From the IMG/VR virus record IMGVR_UViG_3300030202_002218: a DNA stretch of 20,000 nt; one strand, 5' to 3'. Made by a program: the position numbers and the translations under genes. Shown in pieces: positions 15,055 to 20,000 of this stretch. The notes under the pieces are model-generated. The model did not search any database. It was not told the origin of the DNA and worked only from the letters and a program-made list of their open reading frames with translations. How positions within the stretch are numbered: position 1 is the first letter of the stretch; every line of letters starts with the position of its first letter. The DNA is from an uncultured virus (IMG/VR IMGVR_UViG_3300030202_002218). Its lineage: Duplodnaviria; Heunggongvirae; Uroviricota; Caudoviricetes.

Positions 15055-16904
15055 TGGCAGAAGAAAAGGGCTTAGTGGGGCGTTTCTTATCAAGATTGAC
15101 AAAGCCATTCAGTAGGCGAACAACACCCGAACCAATGATGCCTTTGTGGAAAACGGGCATACAAGAACCTGTCCTTGTTCAAGGTGTGTCAATTCCGGCA
15201 CTTTACGCAACAGTTCAAGAATCTATTATTTTGCGAACAACCATCAATACACTATGTCAAGAGATTTTTCGTCGCGGGTATTATTGGGAAAAGAAATTTC
15301 ACAAGAAATGCACAAACTGTGGTGAAGAATACCAACATGATACTGTTGAAGAATGTCGAATATGTGGGAATGAAGAGTTCGACAGCCCCGACGCTGACCA
15401 AATCATATATCCGCGTTGGTTGATGAAACAACGCAACAGTATGGACCAATCATTTATTGAAGTCATGAAAGAGATTGAATGGGACTTAGATATTGTCGAT
15501 GACGCTTTTTTACTACTCATCAAAGAATATTTCATTGACCCAAAGACAGGTGAGATTGAATTTTTCCGCGTCAAAGAATTAGTTCGTGGTGACCCGACTT
15601 TCATGCGTATTGTTGCTGACAAAGCAGGTAAGCGCGGAGGGCGATACCTTCTGTGTCCTGTTCATCGCGACAAAACCTACCCACACAACGGCGACCATCA
15701 CAAGTGTGATGTTGACGGGTGTGGCTTACCTCTCCAAGATGTTCACTACATCAACACCGCTGGTAGCGGAAAGACGCAGTATTACATTGAGGGTGAAGTG
15801 TTGCACCTTTCTAAATTCAACCCGTCTAAGTTGTATGGTCGCTCACCAGTCGCAAGTATGTGGCGACAAGCACAATCACTCACAGCAATGGACAATTACA
15901 TTTACCTCGCGTATCAAAAGAGAAGAATACCACGCGGTGTTCTCGCAATCACCACTGATAATATCCAATCAACAGCATCTTTTTGGAAAGGTGCAGAAGA
16001 AAAAATGGAACGCGACCCTCATTATATCCCGAAAGTTGGTGTTGAATCAGCATCGGGGCGTGGTAAAGTTGAGTTTGTGCGTTTCATGGATAGTCTTGAT
16101 GAGATGCAATACGCGCAAGTTCGTGATGAAATCCGAATGCGTATAGCGGCTTTCTATGGTGTATCTAATGTATTCATGATGGATGCTGGCAAATCCGGCG
16201 GATTGAACAATGAAGGAATGCAAATACTTGTCACAAACCGCGCTGTTGAATCGGGACAAAAGTTGTATTCACGCGAATTGTTCCCAAGAATGCTTGACCA
16301 AATGGGTGTTGAAGATTGGTGTTTGACGCTATATCCAAATGAAGAAGAAGATGAGATTACAAGACTACGACGCGATGAACAAGAAGTGAACATTGCACAG
16401 CGTATGCAACAACTTGGTTTCTTACCGGAAATGACAGAAAACGGTGGAAGCGATATTCGATTTACTTATTCAAAACCCGACCCACAACAAGAAGCCATGC
16501 AACAACAAGGCGGTGCGATGGGCGGTGGAATGCCACCGGGCGGAATGCCGCCGGGTGGCGGTATGCCTCCACCTATGCCGCCGGGGGGCGGCGGGATACC
16601 TCCACAGGGTGGGGGCGCGATGATACCACCGGGGGTAGGGGCTTCTCCACCGGCTGGTGGAGCGTCCCCTCCGGGCGGTGGTCAAATCATGATGATGGAG
16701 AAAGGTGGAGCCATAGGTCTTGGTGAAAGTCAAGGACTGCGCGACCGTGGACCTGCACCCATCAGTTCGGAAACTCAACAATCGGGTGCGCCTTCATCAA
16801 AGAAAAATCAACGCGGGAGCGAAAAGACACCATTAGAGCAAGCACTCGATAGTGTTCAAGCCGCGAAAGACCCTACAAGTAAAAACAAAGAGAGTGGTTT
16901 TTAG
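15054..16904 (+). CDS. Portal protein with two Zn-ribbon-like insertions and a Pro/Gly-rich C-terminal tail (616 aa)
   Basis: HK97-type portal motifs EVLHLSKFNPSKLYGRSP, IPRGVL and DEMQY...RIAAFYGV, downstream of terL. Inserts CTNC/CRIC and CPVH/CDVDGC. Confidence 0.9.
   Translation: MAEEKGLVGRFLSRLTKPFSRRTTPEPMMPLWKTGIQEPVLVQGVSIPALYATVQESIILRTTINTLCQEIFRRGYYWEKKFHKKCTNCGEEYQHDTVEECRICGNEEFDSPDADQIIYPRWLMKQRNSMDQSFIEVMKEIEWDLDIVDDAFLLLIKEYFIDPKTGEIEFFRVKELVRGDPTFMRIVADKAGKRGGRYLLCPVHRDKTYPHNGDHHKCDVDGCGLPLQDVHYINTAGSGKTQYYIEGEVLHLSKFNPSKLYGRSPVASMWRQAQSLTAMDNYIYLAYQKRRIPRGVLAITTDNIQSTASFWKGAEEKMERDPHYIPKVGVESASGRGKVEFVRFMDSLDEMQYAQVRDEIRMRIAAFYGVSNVFMMDAGKSGGLNNEGMQILVTNRAVESGQKLYSRELFPRMLDQMGVEDWCLTLYPNEEEDEITRLRRDEQEVNIAQRMQQLGFLPEMTENGGSDIRFTYSKPDPQQEAMQQQGGAMGGGMPPGGMPPGGGMPPPMPPGGGGIPPQGGGAMIPPGVGASPPAGGASPPGGGQIMMMEKGGAIGLGESQGLRDRGPAPISSETQQSGAPSSKKNQRGSEKTPLEQALDSVQAAKDPTSKNKESGF
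16510..16683 (+). repeat. GC-rich low-complexity repeat encoding (G)GGMPP units in the portal tail
   Basis: GGAMGGGMPPGGMPPGGGMPPPMPPGGGGIPPQGGGAMIPPGVGASPPAGGASPPGGG. Confidence 0.85.
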
Positions 16905-16941
16905 CGATAGATTCAAAGGCGGGGCGGTCATGGCTTACGGC

Positions 16942-17289
16942 ATGAGCAACCTACTCAATAAGATGGACCCTATGGTGCGCAAACTTGAAACGGCAATGTC
17001 CGAGTTCAAAATTGCACTCGCAAACAACGACCTTGTATCAGCAGAACAATTCTTACGCAGTATCAATGCAACTGCTGATTACCTCGCTGATGATGTCACC
17101 GCGATTTACAAATCACAGACAGGACAAAACGACCGTATTCTTGGTGTCAATGACCGATTTGCAGGTGGCGCACCTGTCATGCAATTCAATAGCACTCAAG
17201 GTGTTATCGCGAAATCTCATGACCGACCTATGGGCTACATTGGACCGGACAGAATCGGTGGACATTTCAAGAAACAAGGACAGGTGTAA
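16942..17289 (+). CDS. Hypothetical protein (115 aa, alternative start 16930)
   Basis: Helical N-terminus MSNLLNKMDPMVRKLE. A TATA-like ATTCAAAG at 16911-16918 suggests a leaderless start. The 16852 start overlaps the portal gene. Confidence 0.75.
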   Translation: MSNLLNKMDPMVRKLETAMSEFKIALANNDLVSAEQFLRSINATADYLADDVTAIYKSQTGQNDRILGVNDRFAGGAPVMQFNSTQGVIAKSHDRPMGYIGPDRIGGHFKKQGQV

Positions 17290-17291
17290 GC

Positions 17292-17636
17292 GTGTCCGAC
17301 GATACGGATGCTATGGTGTTGATGAAAGCCCTCATCACCAAAATGGAATCTATGGATGCTGAACTTAACAATATGCGTAAAAGCATGAATACACCGGAAC
17401 TATTTCTCAAGCGTGCTGGATTCGTTCGCGCTAAAACACCTGCTAACCAAGATGTGTGGGGTGACCCACTACGCGGTGACCGAGATGATGTCATATCAAA
17501 AGCCGCGAATGCTATTGATGAAGCGGGGATGAGTATGCCTTCTTCAAACGAAGAATGGCATGAGATGGATTGGAGCGAAATTCACGCGATGGCTAACACA
17601 GCCGCGCAAGTTGAAGGAAGGAGGATTGACCAATGA
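17292..17636 (+). CDS. Hypothetical protein (114 aa)
   Basis: GTG start with AGGTG SD, coiled-coil N-terminus, C-terminal EWHEMDWSEIH motif. Confidence 0.8.
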   Translation: MSDDTDAMVLMKALITKMESMDAELNNMRKSMNTPELFLKRAGFVRAKTPANQDVWGDPLRGDRDDVISKAANAIDEAGMSMPSSNEEWHEMDWSEIHAMANTAAQVEGRRIDQ

Positions 17637-17986
17637 AGCCAATGAAAGTAGAAGCAGGTAAATACGCACCCGATGTTGATGAGATGATTGCAAAAGCGAA
17701 TGAATTGCTCGCGAAAGTTGACAAAGAAACAAAAGAGTTTGGAACAGAAAGTGCTGACCTTTTTGCTAATGTCACAGGTAGTGAGCCTGTTCGCACAGGA
17801 TATTATGACACTAACCAACGAAGAATCACAGTTGAGGATGTAAAGCGCACACAACCTAAGAAAGAAGAAGTAAAGTTCAAGGACGCTAATCCTCATGATA
17901 ATGCTTTAGAAGCACATGAGAATAAAGCGGGTGACCCATCCGACAAGAATCCTCAAGGAGCATACAACCTCACTGATTATTCTTGA
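17633..17986 (+). CDS. Hypothetical protein (117 aa)
   Basis: ATGA overlap, GGAGGA SD. Confidence 0.8.
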   Translation: MKPMKVEAGKYAPDVDEMIAKANELLAKVDKETKEFGTESADLFANVTGSEPVRTGYYDTNQRRITVEDVKRTQPKKEEVKFKDANPHDNALEAHENKAGDPSDKNPQGAYNLTDYS

Positions 17987-17997
17987 GGTGATGAAGT

Positions 17998-20000
17998 GTG
18001 CGCGAAGATGCATTACAATACCATCAACGCGTAGTGAGTGAGTTCACTCATGCTTTAATCAACAAACAAGATGCTCGCGACGAAGCCGTTAATGTTCTGC
18101 TAAGTGCAAACAACTTGGAGAATCAAGGATACACGCGAATCCTTTTCAAGAAAAATGCTCAAAAATATATTGATGAATTACAACCCGAACTTCAAATTAT
18201 GAATCCTTCAAGTCGAGGGATGGAACGCATTTTTTCCGGTGGTTCGACAATCCATGAACCTGCACCGTCGCGGCATCATAAAGCAAGACCTTTGTTTCAC
18301 AGCGACGATTGGATTAAAGCAATGATGACCGGCGATGAAAAAAATATTGACGCGATGGTGAGATTGGCTATTGGTCGTCGTTTCGATGACACAATACCAA
18401 ACATCGCTGAACGCGGTGATGATATTGTTGGTCAACACTCTAAGTTCAAAACACTTAATCTTCATCCAGCGCGCAAAGGTGAAGTTGCCTATGGTGAAAA
18501 ACCACTGTGGCAACAACTCAACAGATACCTTTACGGTGATAAAGGCAAAAATGCTGAAAGACTCAACAAAGCGATGATAAAAACAGCAGAAGGGTTGCAT
18601 CCTGTCCTCAAACAACAACACATGTTTGGCAATTGGCGGGGCAACAATGTCACCTTGATGACAATTTATAACCGCGGTAAAAAAGACTTCACCGAAGCAT
18701 TTGGTGAACGCTACGGGAAAAATCACCCATTACTCGCTCATCGCCTACTTGATGAACATTTTATGCGCGTCAAGAATTGGGAAAACGAAGGTGTTCCTCG
18801 CGAAGAAATTTTCGATATATTATTCGATGACAACGGTATGCCAATTCAAGTAGGTGATGGCAAATCTCCTATTCAACAACTTCGTGAATTAGCGGATGGG
18901 TATAACGATACAAAAAGAAAACCAATCAAAGGACAAAGAAACTTTGGTCGCGTCGGTGACGATGTTCACCGTCTTGGTATCGCCATGCTCCCCTATGATG
19001 AGATTTACAAAATTAAAAGATGGATGCTGGAAACGGGTGGTGGTGTTCAAGAAGACGGGTCAATTGATGACTCATTCATCAACAAAATTCTCGGACCCGG
19101 TGCGCGAGGATACATGGCTAACCATGCTTATCTCATGGATAATATGTTGAATACTCTTTACGCGGGTGGCTCAAACAGAAACGGTATGAATCATGTTTTA
19201 CCAAATCGCTTCACAGAAAAAGGCGCACGCGAAGCAAAGCAAAATATTGACGAGAAGCACCAATTAGTAAGACAGAAGTTAGAAGAAAACAAATGGGGTG
19301 CGCTTGATGATGACACCCTACAACGCTCTTTAGAAGGTGTTGACTTTAATCAAATGGTTAAACGATACGCAGATAAACACAATGATTGTGAAATTATCCC
19401 CGATGACGACAACCCTCAATATCCACACATAGATGAAAACCAATACGGCACTTACATTTACATGACATCGGATTTACCCAACATGAAAGACTTAGTGAAC
19501 CATCAATTGTTTGAAGACGACGAACTGAAAAACATCATTGAACAAAGTCTAATTCAATACGGGACAAAAGAATACAGTGACTTGATGCGACAAACATTAC
19601 AAGACTACACCCATACTCATAACACTGACGAAGAGTTTGATATGACAAAAGAACCTGCGATACGAGATACACCGCTTGGTATTGTAATGCAAGGAGTTGG
19701 CAACAGGAGAGGAAACGCGGATGGAGAAAGTGCCGACTTCGGTGTGCATTATCAAGAGTCTATGCCTAACATGCTTTACGCACCTTTGCAAGAAAAGAAA
19801 TTCATGCTACCGACGCGAGCCGAGAGAGAAGGTGGTGGGTCGCGCCCAGCAGTTGAGCAACAGAATGTATTCGACCCAGCGAAAGAAAATGAAGAAGGGC
19901 AAATGAGAGTTGACTTGGAAAGAGCATTACGCGACAACGAAGACCAAGAAAAATACTTGGCTGAATTTGATAGTGGGAAAGTAGTTCGGCTTCCTATGCC
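17998..20000 (+). CDS. Large hypothetical protein, 3'-truncated (>667 aa), absent from the ORF track
   Basis: GTG 17998 after GAGGTGA SD (17985-17991). Translated by hand as MREDALQYHQRVVSEFTHALINKQDARDEAV... with no stop before base 20000. Confidence 0.88.
   Translation, partial: MREDALQYHQRVVSEFTHALINKQDARDEAVNVLLSANNLENQGYTRILFKKNAQKYIDELQPELQIMNPSSRGMERIFSGGSTIHEPAPSRHHKARPLFHSDDWIKAMMTGDEKNIDAMVRLAIGRRFDDTIPNIAERGDDIVGQHSKFKTLNLHPARKGEVAYGEKPLWQQLNRYLYGDKGKNAERLNKAMIKTAEGLHPVLKQQHMFGNWRGNNVTLMTIYNRGKKDFTEAFGERYGKNHPLLAHRLLDEHFMRVKNWENEGVPREEIFDILFDDNGMPIQVGDGKSPIQQLRELADGYNDTKRKPIKGQRNFGRVGDDVHRLGIAMLPYDEIYKIKRWMLETGGGVQEDGSIDDSFINKILGPGARGYMANHAYLMDNMLNTLYAGGSNRNGMNHVLPNRFTEKGAREAKQNIDEKHQLVRQKLEENKWGALDDDTLQRSLEGVDFNQMVKRYADKHNDCEIIPDDDNPQYPHIDENQYGTYIYMTSDLPNMKDLVNHQLFEDDELKNIIEQSLIQYGTKEYSDLMRQTLQDYTHTHNTDEEFDMTKEPAIRDTPLGIVMQGVGNRRGNADGESADFGVHYQESMPNMLYAPLQEKKFMLPTRAEREGGGSRPAVEQQNVFDPAKENEEGQMRVDLERALRDNEDQEKYLAEFDSGKVVRLPM

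Noticed and set aside
1..20000. tRNA/rRNA genes, integrase or transposase, alternative genetic code
   Set aside because: There is no non-coding space or recognisable motif for these. Genes tile the window under the standard code with TAA, TGA and TAG all acting as stops.

Overview
This window looks like part of a tailed dsDNA virus (Caudoviricetes) genome, most likely archaeal. The evidence is GGTGA/GAGGTG Shine-Dalgarno sites, TATA-like elements and dense + strand genes coupled by TAATG/ATGA overlaps. A Poseidoniales (Marine Group II) 'magrovirus'-like origin is my inference and was not tested. The right part is a DNA-packaging/head region: a candidate small terminase with two Zn-HTH repeats, three large low-complexity proteins, the large terminase, a cluster of small basic or Cys-rich proteins, a free-standing wHTH-LAGLIDADG protein, a portal with two Zn-ribbon inserts, three small proteins and a large 3'-truncated ORF. 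The most unusual element is a tightly coupled six-gene operon (2083-5281) that pairs an Arf/Sar1-like small GTPase with three membrane proteins, a Zn-finger protein and a Gln-rich protein, a candidate viral membrane-remodelling or egress system. Other signals are a recurrent (A/S)(W/F)xx(x)hhK peptide motif in head-region proteins, a recurrent I(D/E)FDM motif, and strong avoidance of several palindromes alongside CGCG enrichment. All calls come from reading the sequence; no searches were run.
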